Part shown: one piece after another, positions 1-12,510 of the stretch
How the letters are laid out: each line of letters begins with the position of its first letter
Numbering within the stretch: the first letter of the stretch is position 1
NCBI RefSeq assembly: GCF_006345805.1
Contig: NC_043009.1
Span: 47,554,001-47,618,000, forward strand
Direction of reading: 5' to 3'
DNA: 64,000 nt
From: Octopus sinensis
Taxonomy: Eukaryota
Made by a program: the position numbers and the translations under genes
Notes under the pieces: model-generated
What the model was told of the DNA's origin: nothing
Seen by the model: only the letters and a program-made list of their open reading frames with translations
Databases searched by the model: none

Positions 1-225
1 GGGAATGAGAAAGATGCAATTGAGAAATGAGACAATAGAGGGGAAAAAGAGAGATAACAAAGATGGGGGAAAAAGGGTATAGAGAAATGGGGAGACAATA
101 GAGAGATGAGAAAGGTATTAAGAAGATGAGGATGTAAATAGAGAGATGAAAGAGAGACAGAGAAAGAGGACAGTAGAGAGGTATGAGACAAAAGAGGAGA
201 GACAATAGTGAGATGAGATATGTGG

Positions 226-256
<31 letters not shown>

Positions 257-300
257 AGAATAGAAAGATGAGAGACAATAAAGATGCAAGATATTTGATG
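1..300. repeat. GA-rich low-complexity / degenerate (GA)n tract
   Basis: Purine-rich run including (ga)n at ~230-260; a similar tract lies at 2535-2920. Confidence 0.85.
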
Positions 301-436
301 AAAAAAAGACTAGGTATATGAGACAGGTAATTGTTGAAGTGGTTTTAATAATTATTTCAAATTTTGGTATAAGACCAGTAATTTTAGGGAGAAGGGGTTT
401 CACTTGATTACACCAATCACAATACCTGATTGGTTG

Positions 437-595
437 TGGAGGCGCATGGCTTAGTGGTTAGGGTGTTGGACTCATGACTGTAAGCTTGTAGTTTCGATTC
501 CTAGACTGGCTGACGCATTGTGTCCTTGTGCAAAATGCTTCATTCATTTCACATTGCCCAAGTCCATTCAGCTGGCAAAAATGAGTAACCCTGTA
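437..595 (+). mobile_element. tRNA-derived SINE, 5' part
   Basis: A-box tggcttagtgg, B-box-like gtttcgattcc, then ttgtgtccttg(t)gcaaaa central domain; same head as the copies at 1490-1831, 26465-26810 and 55780-56077. Confidence 0.8.
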
Positions 596-599
596 ATTT

Positions 600-1038
600 T
601 GAGCGTGATCGTTGTCACTTACATGTGACATGCCGGTGACATGTGAAAAGCACCATTCGAGCGTAATCCTTGCCAGCATCACCTTACCAGCACATATGCT
701 GGTGGCATGTGAAAAACAACATTCAAGTGTGGTTGTTTCCAGTAGCATGTAAAAACACCTTTTGAGCATGGTCGTTGCCAGAACCACCTGACTGGCCCTC
801 ATGCTGGTGGCACGGAAAAGCACCTACTACACTCTTGGAGTGGTTGGCATTAAGAAGGGCATCCAGCTGTAGAAACTTTACCAGATCAGTGGTGGTGCCC
901 CAGCATGGCCGCGGCCTTCAGGCTAAAACATTTTTAAGGATTTAAGATCAAAAAACTGGTGCAGCCTCTGGCTCATCAGTCCTCAGTCAAACCGTCAAAC
1001 CCATGCCAGCATGGAAAGCGGACATTAAACGATGATGA

Positions 1039-1040
<2 letters not shown>
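600..1040 (+). mobile_element. RTE-type LINE 3' UTR / tail-derived retroposon
   Basis: Repeated gtggcacgtaaaaagcacc units, ggcattaagaagggcatccagctgtagaaac, ending ...cccatgccagcatggaaagcggacattaaac(gat)n; same tail as the RTE fossil at 56846. Confidence 0.8.
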
Positions 1041-1084
<44 letters not shown>

Positions 1085-1089
<5 letters not shown>

Positions 1090-1460
1090 TAGATAAATGT
1101 GTAATGGTGTCTGTCTGTGTGTCTGTTTGGAGTTACTCTAACTCTTCCCACACTGTCCAACTGATTTTAATGATTTTTGGCACATAGGTAGATCACATGC
1201 CCTGAAATTCAAATAAGGCTGGAATTTTTTGAAAACTCGATAATGCTCAGTTGGCATCGATTTTTGTGAGCTCAATCAGGCGTTTGAATGGAAATTCCCA
1301 TAAGATGTTATTTTTCCTGCAGCTTTTGCATTTTTTTCACGTGTAAAATTTCAACAAAATTGATAGAATAGTTTCTAAGGAAATGCTTATTCAATAGAAG
1401 ATCAGAGGTGGGCTTAACTTCAACATAGAAAACACGAGCAACAGCAGGTTCAACAGCTAG
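1085..1460 (+). mobile_element. Non-autonomous Helitron-like element
   Basis: gtctgtctgt microsatellite near the 5' end and a 3' end ...cgagcaacagcaggttcaacagCTAG|t; inserted in a (TA)n run. Confidence 0.6.
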
Positions 1461-1489
1461 TATATATATACATATATATACAGGTGCAG

Positions 1490-1831
1490 ATGGGTGACCC
1501 CCTTTCGTCATGAATGACCACGGGATTGCACCTAGAAAGTTACCCTTCGAGGCACAAGTCCGGACAAGGTTGTTTTTATGGAAGACCAGCAGTCGCTGAT
1601 GCATACCATCCTCATCTCTCCAAGCCACTGATGTTATCCAAGGGAAAGGCAAAGACTGATACAGCTTAGGATTAGTGATGCTGCAACTCATTTCCACAGC
1701 TGAGTGAACTGGAGCAACATAAAATAAAGTGTCTTGCTCAAGAACACAACATGCAGCCCGGTCCGGTAATCGAACTCACAACCTCACGATCGTAAGCTCA
1801 ACACTCCAACCATTGAGCCATGCACCTTCAC
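1490..1831 (-). mobile_element. tRNA-derived SINE (family D)
   Basis: Reverse strand begins tgaaggtgcatggctcaatggttggag with a B-box gttcgattacc; near-identical to 26465-26810. Confidence 0.85.
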
Positions 1832-1856
1832 TTGACTGAATATATGGCTGTATATA

Positions 1857-2028
1857 TGGGTGCAGGTATGATTGTGTGGCTTCTTTCTAACCACATGGTT
1901 TTGGTTTCAGTCCCACAGGGTGGCACCTTGGGCAAATGTATTCTACTCTAGCCTTGGGCTGACCAAAGCCTTGTGAGTGGATTTGGTAGATAGAAACTGA
2001 AAGAAGCCCATCATATATGTGTGCATGC

Positions 2029-2061
<33 letters not shown>

Positions 2062-2258
2062 TGTGTTTGTGTCTATGTTAGTCCTCCACCACTGCTTGAC
2101 AATTGGTGTTGGTACATTTACATTCTTGTAACTAGCGATTTGGCAGAGACCGACAGAATATGTACTGGGGGTGGGGGAGGTTGATTCATTTGACTAAGAA
2201 TACTTCAAGGCAGTGCCCCAGCATGGTCACAGTCTAATGACCAAAATAAGTAAAAGAT
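1857..2258 (+). mobile_element. tRNA-derived SINE family A (internal microsatellite, taaaaga tail)
   Basis: gtcccac..gtggcaccttgggcaa..., gaaactgaaagaagccc, internal (tg)n, 3' ccagcatgg..cacagtc..atgac..aaa..agtaaaaga. Confidence 0.85.
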
Positions 2259-2552
2259 AATATAGACATATATAGGAATGGATTTTGAACGATGATGATG
2301 ATGACGATGAACCTCTTTTAGGTGTTAATTCTCTCACAAAACTTCCTCTTTTTAATGTTTCTTTTTATCTTTATAATGCTTCAGTTGTCTTTCTTCATTT
2401 ATTTAAACACCCCCTAATATCTATAGCATCCTTCTTGACCTTTAACTCCTCACACTTTCTTAAATATTTATACCAACTACCAACTATCACCTGTTACTGT
2501 CTGACAAACTACAGCTGGTGAAACTGTAAGAGGTAGATGGATGGATAGATAG

Positions 2553-2626
<74 letters not shown>

Positions 2627-2934
2627 AAGAAGCAATAAAGAGTAAAGAGAAATGGGAAAGAGACTCTAGAGAGCTGAGAGAGGAAAAAAGACAGCAGAGA
2701 TATGAAAGAGAGGGGAAGATAATAGAGTAATGAAAAGGTAATAATGAAATAATGAGATGAGAGACAATAGAGAGATAACAGAGACAACAGAGAGAGAGAG
2801 AGAGAGGGAGTGAGTGAGAAAGGAGAGGGAGAGAAATGAAAGAGACATTAGAAAGACAAGAGAAAAAATCCAGATGAGAGAAAGAAGAGAAAGAGAAAGA
2901 GAGAGAGGATGATGAGAGAATGACATTTAACACT

Positions 2935-3432
2935 TTGTAGTTAATATAAAAGATAACACACGACAGTTATGTAAGGAATATATATTGGTGTAGAAGCAAA
3001 CATATAATGGAAGCTGTATCCTGCTCTATGAATTATGGAAGATAAATATACTACAGAGGCAGTAGGAACTGATATAGTATTTTGATAGTAAAAGTAATAT
3101 AATAATGATACTATATTGATTATAAAAGATAACATACTACACAGGTGGTAGGATTTGGCATAATTGCTGGTAGAAGTATTATAGAAAAGATATATAGCTT
3201 ATAGAAGATGATATGCTATAAAGGTGTTAGGATTTCATATAGTATATTGATAGTAGACGTAATAGTAGGCGCAGGAGTGGCTGTGTGGTAAGTAGCTTGC
3301 TTACCAACCATATGGTTCCGGGTTCATTCCCACTGCATGGCACCTTGGGCAAGTGTCTTCTACTATAGCCTCGGGCCGACCAAAGCCTTGTGAGTGGATT
3401 TGGTAGACGGAAACTGAAAGAAGCCCATCGCA

Positions 3433-3476
<44 letters not shown>

Positions 3477-3870
3477 CGTGTATGTTTGTCCCCCCAACAT
3501 CGCTTGACAACCGATGCTGGTGTGTTTACATCCCCATAACTTAGCGGTTCAGCAAAAGATACCAATAGAATAAGTACTAGGCTTCCAAAGAATAAGTTCT
3601 GGGGTTGATTTGCTCGACTAAAGGTGGTGCTCCAGCATGACCGCAGTCAAATGACTGAAACAAGTAAAAGATAAAAAGATAAAGATAATACAGTAGAAGA
3701 GATATATAACTACAAAAGATAAATATACTACATAGATGATAGGATTTGATATAGTATATTGAGGATAGAAGTAATATAGTAGCAGAGATATAATGTTATT
3801 TTAATTGTAGAAGATAAAATATAAGAGAGGCAGTAGGAACTGGTAGGAAAACTATAACTGATAGAAGAAT
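2935..3870. repeat. Degenerate AT-rich tandem repeat interrupted by a SINE
   Basis: Recurring aagataa...atactacagaggcagtaggaactgatatagtatattga units on both sides of the SINE at 3267-3686. Confidence 0.6.
3267..3686 (+). mobile_element. SINE family A, full length
   Basis: aggcgcaggagtggctgtgtggtaag head, ggttccgggttcattccc B-box, internal (ta)n(tg)n, (taaaaga)n tail. Confidence 0.9.
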
Positions 3871-4208
3871 GAGGACAAAAGGAAAATGTAAGAATTCATG
3901 TAACCAACTGTTTTTTTGCATTATTTAGAACTAAAATATTGTTTTTGTCATAGGATTGGTCATTCTCAAAAACTTCTGTATGTCAATAACCTGGTTATCT
4001 TTGAAGAATCTAAAATGTCTAAGACGAGTCGCTATTAATAAGATTATAATTTTTTTTTTTTTTGACTATTCACCACATCTTTAGAGATAAAAAAAAGTGT
4101 TTACATCTGCACTGTTTTGACTGGTTTTGTCATCACCATTGTCATCGACTGTCTTATTTCTGGATGTTTACATAAGTACCAGATCAGGTTTGGACCAAGA
4201 ATTCTTAA

Positions 4209-4430
4209 CCCTTTAGTGTTCGCATTATTCTGCCAAAATGAATCCTCTTTTTATCCACATTGCCTTGAACTAATTAGGCATTATCTTGATGCTATGAGAT
4301 TTTGATGATGTAGCTGTTAATTTTTAAAACGATATTGTAGGGCTGGTGTGAGAGACCAGACCTGGCCAATTTGAACATAAAACAGGTAGAATACTTTTGG
4401 CTGGATATGGCCGGTTTAAATGCTAAAGTG
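4209..4430. mobile_element. piggyBac-like MITE
   Basis: ttaa|ccctttag ... ctaaagtg|ttga termini; opposite-orientation copies at ~5010-5224 and 41616-41834. Confidence 0.75.
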
Positions 4431-4499
4431 TTGATACTAAATTAGACAAGTACATGCTTCAAACCCTGGTGAATAAGACACCTGGTAAATGATTATATA

Positions 4500-5440
4500 T
4501 CAAACTGATCTAAGCCTTCGTTGAGGGGGGGGAGTTAATCCCCAAAATTATAATCTTATAGAAGTTCTAATTAGTAGCAGGGATACAAAACGTCAGTAAC
4601 ATCAAGGAGGTAGCTTTATTCTAGGCAGGAATGAATTATTTCAGTACTGTACAGTGTGTTCAGAGCAAGCAAAATGTACATAAAAAGTAGAATTGTATCT
4701 GTGATGGATGGTCAGAATACCAGGCTTTCAGATGTGTTATCTGTATGAGTTAGCTGTAAAGGAACATTAAACACAGTCCTTAGACTATACACACGGTTCG
4801 TTGGAAGTAACAGATAATTTTTGCAATCTAGGTAAGAAAAATTAATGTTTTCAGTGACTGTAGTGAGAGAAAATGGCTGGAAGACAAAAAAGGATTTATC
4901 TTGGGTACTTAGTTAAGGGCACTGAGGACAAAAGATCTAGAGAAGTTAGTAAAAAGGGGGTTGAATATGAACATTCATGGAAAACAGAGCACAAGTAGCT
5001 GTTCATTAATGCTTTAGCATTTAGCCATATCCAGCACAAATATTCTACCTTTTAAAGTTCAGACTGGTCAGATCTGGCCTTTCACACCTTTCCTTCAATG
5101 TCCTTCTAAAAATATTCACTTGGATCATCGAAATCTCAAAGCTATGAGATAATGCATGATTAATTAAAAACAATGTGGGAAAATAAGCATTACATTTGAC
5201 AGAGTAATCTGAATACTAAAGGATCAAGGTATTTGTCAATATGTGCTGGAGAGATGGATGTTTTAAGTATGTATATGTGATGTGAATAGCCAACATCTCA
5301 AAAAAAAAATATCCTGCTGTGTTGGCAATGAAACATACTTAGAGAAAGACCAAGGTAGACATTGAAGGAAGCGGTAAAAGCAGATCTCAGGATGCTATGC
5401 CTCAAAGATGAACTAATGTGATTGAATGGAATGGAAACAT
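4500..5440 (+). pseudogene. Degraded RTE LINE ORF C-terminal fragment
   Basis: 4801-4833 translates LEVTDNFCNLG (cf. LEVVDSFCYLG at 57.6 kb); RPR..T..EAVKADL-like segment at ~5345-5390; interrupted by a piggyBac MITE. Confidence 0.6.
5010..5224. mobile_element. piggyBac-like MITE
   Basis: ttaa|tgctttagcatt ... aatactaaagga|tcaa; reverse complement of 4209-4430. Confidence 0.7.
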
Positions 5441-6140
5441 ACTGAACAGTAGATATTTCACAAGAGCATGTGAAAAATTGATGTTATGATGATAAGTGAA
5501 TAAACTGAAAAAGAAAAAAAAACGAGAAAAAGCTGTTCACAAATTGAATTTTGATGAAATTGTTTATGTTATGCCAAATCTAAACATTTGCCAATGATAA
5601 AAATAAAAGTATCTGCAGTTTCATGAAGCAATAATTCTTGATTCTTGATAAAATCTAATGCTTTTATAATATTAGATTTAAGGACTGATTGACTTGATAA
5701 AAATTCTGATATCTCACACAGGCTTTTGATGTTTGGTAAAGAATATGAAATTAAATAACATCTATGACTTGCTCAAATGAAGTAGCTATAACAGGAAATC
5801 AAAATCATGAAATGAATCCCAATGGTAATCATCAAAAATTGGTAGAGATATTGATGGGTGTTCTTGATATTTAAGTTCTTCAAAGAGACCTATGAAAAAC
5901 ATGATTTAAGTGGTTAAGATATCAAACTACTGACTGAAAGTTTATAATCACTGCCATTCCTATTGAACTGTCGCTGTCGTATAAGTAATAACTATGGTCA
6001 TCATTCAGACGGAAAGTATGATGATATGGTGATGAGTACTATGCTTTCACTAACTGTTTTAAGTGCCTATGTAGTTATAAGCAGACATAAACACCCTCTT
6101 GCTCTCTGATATTTGATTCAGCAGAACATTCAGGATGTGA

Positions 6141-6557
6141 AGGCGGTGAGCTGGCAGAAACGTTAGCACTCCAGGTGAAATGCTTAACGGTATTTCGTCT
6201 GCCGCTACGTTCTGTGTTCAAATTCCTTTTAGGTTTACTATGCCTTTTATCCTTTTGGGGTCGATTAAATAAGTACCAGTTACACACTGGGGTCGATATA
6301 ATCAACTTAATCCATTTGTCTGTCCTTGTTTGTTCCCTCTGTGTTTAGCCCCTTGTGGGTTGTAAAGAAATAGGTATTTCGTCTGCCACTACGTTCTGAG
6401 TTCAAATTCTGCTGAGGTTGACTTTGCCTTTCATCCTTTCGGGGTCGATGAATTAAGTACCAGTTATGCATTGGGGTCGATCTAATCAACCTAATCCCTT
6501 TGCCTGTCCTTGTTTATCCTCTCTATGCTTAGGCCCTTGTGGCCATTAAAGAAATAA
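6141..6557 (+). mobile_element. SINE family B, dimeric copy
   Basis: ggcggtgagctggcagaaacgttagcac head, then two tandem ~190-bp units with gcctttcatcctttcggggtcgat..aagtaccag and a ...gccccttgtggg..taaagaaata tail. Confidence 0.9.
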
Positions 6558-7094
6558 GAACATTCAGTATGTGTGTGCGAGAAAAAGAGAGAGAGAGAGA
6601 GAGGGAGGCGTCACTGGTAGTTGAGAGAGGGGCTTCACTAGTGCTCATTAACAGCTGTGTAGACTGAAATAATATGAAATGAAGCGTCTTGCTCAAGGAC
6701 ATAATGTACTCTTTGGTCCACAAATGGAACCTTTGATTTTATATTGCAAGCCTATCGTTCTAATCATTAGGTGACATGTTTTCGGCATGTAAAACACAGT
6801 ATATCACATGACCATGTGATCGACCAGACTATTGGATGCTGTTATACATCGTTGGTCACAATGCGCATTGCATTATTTTAGCTTTCAAATAATGTCAAGT
6901 AGCTGGTTAGGCAAGCAGGCCATAAGACACTATACATTTCAGGTAACATTGGTAAAAATAACTTCATCATCAGGAAGCAAATCTGACCTTCATGATTCCT
7001 GCATTCAAAATTGAAAGAGTTTTGATATTCAGAACTATGTAACTCATGGTTAAATGGTAAAATGACTAAAATATTTTGTCAATGTCATAAGAAT

Positions 7095-7175
7095 ATGCCC
7101 AAGAGCATATGGTGTAGTGGTTAAGAGCGTGGGCTACTAACTTCAAGATTCCGAGTTTGATTCCAGGCAGTTACT

Positions 7176-7215
<40 letters not shown>

Positions 7216-7411
7216 TAATAATAATAACATCGAAAAATACCTTAGGAATGAGAACCCAGGTTTGAAATTTCCCCAAGACACCTGACGAAGGCTGGAGGCT
7301 ATATCAGCCGAAATGTTGTGTTAACAACAAACAAGATGAGGACAAATATTGTCAAATGCAAATAATGTAAATAATGTACATAATTCCTCATCTCGTAAAT
7401 ACAGAACTGTA
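7095..7411 (+). mobile_element. tRNA-headed retroposon containing a hammerhead-ribozyme-like motif
   Basis: A box tggtgtagtgg (7110-7120), B-box-like gagtttgattcc (7153-7164), (aat)n, HHR-like motif 7277-7322; direct repeat tcataagaat at 7085-7094 and 7412-7421. Confidence 0.7.
7277..7322 (+). ncRNA. Minimal type-I hammerhead ribozyme-like motif
   Basis: gacac CTGACGA a ggctg gaggctatat cagcc GAAA tg TT gtgtt: stem I gacac/gtgtt, core CUGANGA, stem II ggctg/cagcc, GAAA, rudimentary stem III. Confidence 0.6.
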
Positions 7412-7476
7412 TCATAAGAATTTATAAATTTTTAGAAAAAAGTAGAATAATCCTTTTTTGGAATTGGTTATTATTA

Positions 7477-8133
7477 AGGTAATGAACTAGCAGAACTGTT
7501 AATGTGCTGGGCAAAATATTGAGCAGCATTTCATCAATCATTACAGTTTGAGGTTAAATTGCACTGGGGTCAACATTATCAACATTACCTTCCATCTTTC
7601 TGGGGACAATAAAATAAGTAACAGTCAGGTACAGGGGTCACTGCATAACTTATCTCCTCCCCCTGAAATCGCTGGCTTTGTGATCGACCAGACTTTTAGG
7701 GTTGATGAAATAAGTACTAGTTGAGCACTAGGATCGATCTAATCGACTTGTCCACCCCTACCCCGAAATTGCTGGCCTTGTGCCTAAATTGGAAATCAAT
7801 ATTAAAATGTGTCGTTCTTGATGTATATACATTGGGAACAATGTAATCAACTAGGCCCTGCCTCCCAAATTTCAGGTTTTGTGCCCTTTTGTTTTGTTCT
7901 TTTTTGTTTTGGCAAGGCCGCAAGTTGGGAGAATCATTAGTACATTGGGCAAACGGTTAGCAGTATTTTGTCCATCTTTACATTCTGAGTTCAAATTCCA
8001 CTGAGGTGGACTTTACCTTTCATCCTTTCGGGGTCGATAAAATAAGTACCAGTTGAGTATTGGGGTCAATGTAATCGACTAGCCCCCCCCCCCTCCACCA
8101 TATTTCAGGCTTTGTGCCTATAGTAGAAAGGGC

Positions 8134-8135
<2 letters not shown>
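7477..8135 (+). mobile_element. Cluster of degenerate SINE family B copies
   Basis: Repeated catcctttcggggtcgataaaataagtaccag and aaattgctggccttgtgcc segments. Confidence 0.8.
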
Positions 8136-8164
<29 letters not shown>

Positions 8165-10107
8165 GATATCTGATTAAGGTTAATATTTTATTCCCAAAAT
8201 TTATTGAACTGTTTAATAAAAATAAAGGGCATTAAGAAAAAAAAAGAGGAGAAAAAGAGAAAAGTCATCAAAACACCAAAACTGGAGAATGAAATTATCA
8301 AACTGAATGAATGATTTGTGAATCTAAAGTTGTGTGTCAACACTAATATATTTTCAAAAACAGTTTTACCAATATACAAATTTATGGAATTATTCTTGAA
8401 GATGTCTAATTTTGATTAAAAAAATGCAAAAACAGAAAAAACAACGCCAACAACAACAACAACAACAACAAACAAGCAGCAAATTATTTACCATTCAAAA
8501 TGTCTCACAGACAGATAAAAATAAGATCTTTGAATATGTTAACTTGTACCAAATCTATGAAAACATTAAAGATGATGATAATGATTGGTATGATGATTTC
8601 CGAAAGGAAAAAACAGTCTTAATTTTTCAAAAGAATGTTTATTATTAATGTATTTTTTTTTTTCCTTTCCCTTCAAAACGGTGAAAATTGTTTGATAAAT
8701 AGATAGTTTTCTTCTTTTTTTTCTTTCTTGTAAACTCTTTTTTTTTTTTCAGGAAAATGTTGAAAACTTTTAGAAGTAATCATATGAGAAAATCTAAGAT
8801 TCTTATTGATATTCATATTTTTTTTTTTTTAAGATATAATTGAGTATTTCTTGTACTGATGTTTTCTTTTTTTTCCATAAGGAAGTGTTGTTAAACCCAT
8901 AGCCTGATAAGATTGTCTCACAATGAGTCTGAAAATCATTCAAAAGTAATCTTGATGAGAAGGAAAAATAAAAAAATTTTTTTTTCATATATAAATGAAA
9001 ATTTTCTATCTTAGGAAAGAAGAAATTTGAAGTGGTGTGGATTTGCTCAAGACAAAATGATTAGTTTTGGAAATGTATAAAAAAGATGTGCTAAAATTTC
9101 TAGAGAGACCTTTCCAAATTGTTGCATTTAAGTGAATAAAGGACAGATTTCTTCAAATGAATGTCTCGCTTCATCTGATAAAATGTCACGAAGAAGTAGC
9201 AGGTGCAGTTTTTAAGCCATAAACCATCAAACAATTGTCCAGACATTTATTCTCGCCAGTAGAATGGAGCCAGTGGTTACTGTTATATGGTTAAGTACCA
9301 TTCATATTTCCAAGGGAGAGTCACAGAATGAGTTCATAAAATTCATTTAAATTGAAAATAGAATGACAATCATCATATCTTTTATAGAGAGAGAGGCTTG
9401 TCAGATAATCAATATTCTTGAGTTACATAGAAATTAATTCTTTCATGAGCTACAAAGATAATTATCTCTGGCTTTCTTCATGTTAAGTTGTCGCAAGAGA
9501 AATCTTTTACTTGATAAGAAGACTAACTTCAAAAAATAGAATGGTACCTCTTTAACAAACAGCTAGACAATCTGAAATAAAAATAGTCATGTATTTTTTC
9601 CCTCTGTGAGAGAAACAAAAAGCTATCACTTTTGATAACTGAAAATGTATAGGATAAAAAAGGTGACACAGTACTTAAAGTACTTGAGTATGCTTTTTCT
9701 AAGTCTGTAATTATGTTATTTTTAAAATGGTTTTAAGATATATCCAAAAGATTGCTTGCTGATGAAGCACATATCATGTATGAGGGAGACAACAAGAATC
9801 TGTAGACTTATAAGAACTAGAATCATGAAATAGCATACTATTTAAATCAGATATTTCTGAATGTGGTTAAATATTAGGTAGATGAAATGTATGCTGAGAA
9901 TTAGCGATTCAGTTTCATCTAGAAGGGTGCCTATAAACAATTCCATAGATTTTGTTAGATAAAATAAATGTTTCCTGGAAGGAATTCTCTGTTTTGGAAT
10001 TCTATGTTTTAAGATCAATTTACTAAAGACATTTAAGACAACTGCTTCTTTCTCCAAAAGAAAGTCTGTATCCTTAACTGTGAGATCCATATGCAATTCT
10101 GAAGACA

Positions 10108-10275
10108 GGGCATGGCTGTGTAGTTAGGGAGCTTGCTTCCTAGCTACATGGTTTCGGGTTCAGTCCCACTGCGTGGCACTTTGGGTAGGTGTCTTCCACT
10201 ATAGCTTCGAGCCGACCGGAGCTTTGTGATGGAATTCGGTAGGTGGAAGTTACTGCCGTGTGTGTATGTGTGCGT
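10108..10275 (+). mobile_element. SINE family A, 5' half
   Basis: ggcatggctgtgtagttag...ggttcagtcccactgcgtggcactttggg. Confidence 0.8.
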
Positions 10276-10419
10276 ATAGCTGCTCAGTGCCTCTCCGAAA
10301 GAGAGAGAGGGAATACATCAAAAAGATCCAGGGAGATTATCAACAAACAATTGATTATACACCATTAGAGCAGATTTAAAGATTGGGCAACAGTTCGGTG
10401 ATAAAATCATTGTCAACAT

Positions 10420-10907
10420 CTGTGTTTCCCAACCATTTTACTCTTGGAGAAGCCTTGAATAAATTCCATGTCTCAAAGAAATCTTACATTAAAATTATTA
10501 TATGTCTTTATTAAACTTCTTCCTTCTCTTTTATTAGATTAAACTTCATAAGAGATTAAACAAATCAGAAAACTGTCTTTGTAAGCTTTGACAGTGTTAA
10601 ACCTTTCAGATGGCTTCAGAAATTTCATTTTAACAATACGTTTTTTAGACCAAATTTCTCAACAATCTCTTCTTAAGAGTTATTATTTTTCCTGTACGGT
10701 CTCCTTAAAACCAAGAGATGACAGAATCTCCTTACCTTAGGGAATATGCCATGCATGTATAACAAAATTATAAATACAGAATTAAATGAAATGAACAGAA
10801 AATGCATTTGATTATATGATTAGCATATTCATTACTATCTCTTATGGAACCCTTAACAACCTCTCAAGAAAGTTTAATGTCCTGGAGAACCCAGTCAAGA
10901 AATGCTT
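10420..10907. mobile_element. Probable hAT (Charlie-like) MITE
   Basis: Left end ctgtgtttcccaacc; degenerate right end gaacccagtcaagaaatgctt; no clean TSD seen. Confidence 0.45.
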
Positions 10908-11329
10908 ATCCAGATAACATTAGAGAACATTACTTACAAATCTATTCCCTAGGTCAATTTGGAGGAAGATGTATTACCAATACTAGACTAGTTTGTGTTA
11001 TCAAATATAATCTTGTATTAATTAAATCCTGAAATATATCAGATCACTTTCCTGTCTCAAACCCTTACATGTCTTTTTCCCTCTTCAATTAAGGGATATC
11101 TTATTCTATATATCTTTGAAGAGGTATAACCAGCAGATGATCCACAGACAAGGGAAATGATACCAACATCATAGTCTATATCTGAGCAAGTCTCCAGAGA
11201 AGCACAAATGTAAATAAATACATGGATACATACATGTACACACCTCAGTACAAAAGTTATGTTTTCTCTTGAAGGTCACAAAATACTTTAGCATTAGTCA
11301 CTTACTGATTCTCTACAAAAGACTCATCA

Positions 11330-11576
11330 AGCCAAATGAAATCATAGCTGTGGCCAATGCCAGTGTTATGTAACTGATACTTGCACTGGTGGGACATAAA
11401 AATCACCCATTACTCTCTTGGAGTGGTTGGCGTTAGGAAGGGCATCTAGTCATAGAAACCATGCCAAATCAGATTAGAACCTGGTGCAGCTCTCCAGCTT
11501 ACCAGTTTCATTCAAACCACCTAACCTATGTCCGCATGAAAAGCAGACACTAAATGATGATGATGATGATGATGAT
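11330..11576 (+). mobile_element. RTE tail-derived retroposon
   Basis: ggagtggttggcgttaggaagggcatc ... taaat(gat)n. Confidence 0.8.
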
Positions 11577-11577
11577 A

Positions 11578-11893
11578 ACTGATAGTAGAGCACAGCTCAA
11601 ATATCTGAGACTGAGTTTTGGCTGTATGCAGTCAGTAGAGTACAGCTCAAATATTTGGGAATGACCTTTAGCTAGATACAGATAGTAGAGTACTGCTCAA
11701 GGAAACTAGGACAGATCTATAGCTACACATAGACAATAGAGTTCCACACATATCTAGGGCAGACCTGTAGCAATATACAGACAGTAGAGTACTATTTACA
11801 TATTTAGGAGTGACCTGTAGCTATATACAGCTAATACAGTACAGCTCACATGTTTCAGACTGACCTGTAGTTACATACAGACATTTGAGTATC
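11578..11893. repeat. ~50-bp minisatellite, ~6.3 diverged copies
   Basis: Consensus approximately gacagtagagtacagctcacatatttaggactgacctgtagctatataca. Confidence 0.85.
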
Positions 11894-12039
11894 ATCACTC
11901 ACAACATTTACGATTGGTCAAAAACAGCATCCTGACAGCTGATTGGAAAAAAAAGCATCTAGCTGAAAGGTAAAAGAATGATTCACCAATATACAACATC
12001 TACAAAACCAAAAACATGATGCTTCTTTGCCCTGCCTCT

Positions 12040-12042
12040 ATA

Positions 12043-12104
<62 letters not shown>

Positions 12105-12105
12105 C

Positions 12106-12136
<31 letters not shown>

Positions 12137-12290
12137 TTACTTCCTCTTCTTCTGCTCCGATAAAATGACAAGCTGCATACCACTACTGCCACTGCCATCA
12201 CCACCACCACCACTAATAACAACAAAAACAACAACAGCACCAACTACCACTACTGTTGCCACCACCACCAACACTACCAGTACCACCCAA
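12040..12290. repeat. (ACT)n/(ACC)n trinucleotide tract
   Basis: Directly visible; explains the poly-Y and poly-S ORFs. Confidence 0.95.
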
Positions 12291-12341
12291 TCCTATCTAA
12301 TTCTCTTCACCTCTCTTTATCTTCTCTACTGCTGTTCTTAT

Positions 12342-12510
12342 TGTTTAACCCCAGGTCAGCTTTAACTCAGCAGACCTATGATCAAAGGTATTGCAATTGT
12401 GATCATCTTTCTTTCTTAGGCATAGAGAGTCAACCAATGCATCCTTTTCTTAAGATAGCTGGGAGTATGATAAGAAGGACACTTGGCTGCTCTTTCTAGC
12501 AAGTCCATTC
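12342..12510. mobile_element. Interspersed repeat, probably a LINE 3' end with a (caa)n tail on the minus strand
   Basis: gtttaaccccaggtcag...cagacctatgatcaaagg...ttggctgct.tttctagcaag; homologous copies at 13123-13310 and, inverted, at 19395-19580. Confidence 0.6.

Noticed and set aside
9842-10098. 84-aa minus-strand ORF after cttcag
   Set aside because: Low-information AT-rich peptide; the putative acceptor abuts a SINE head; no support.
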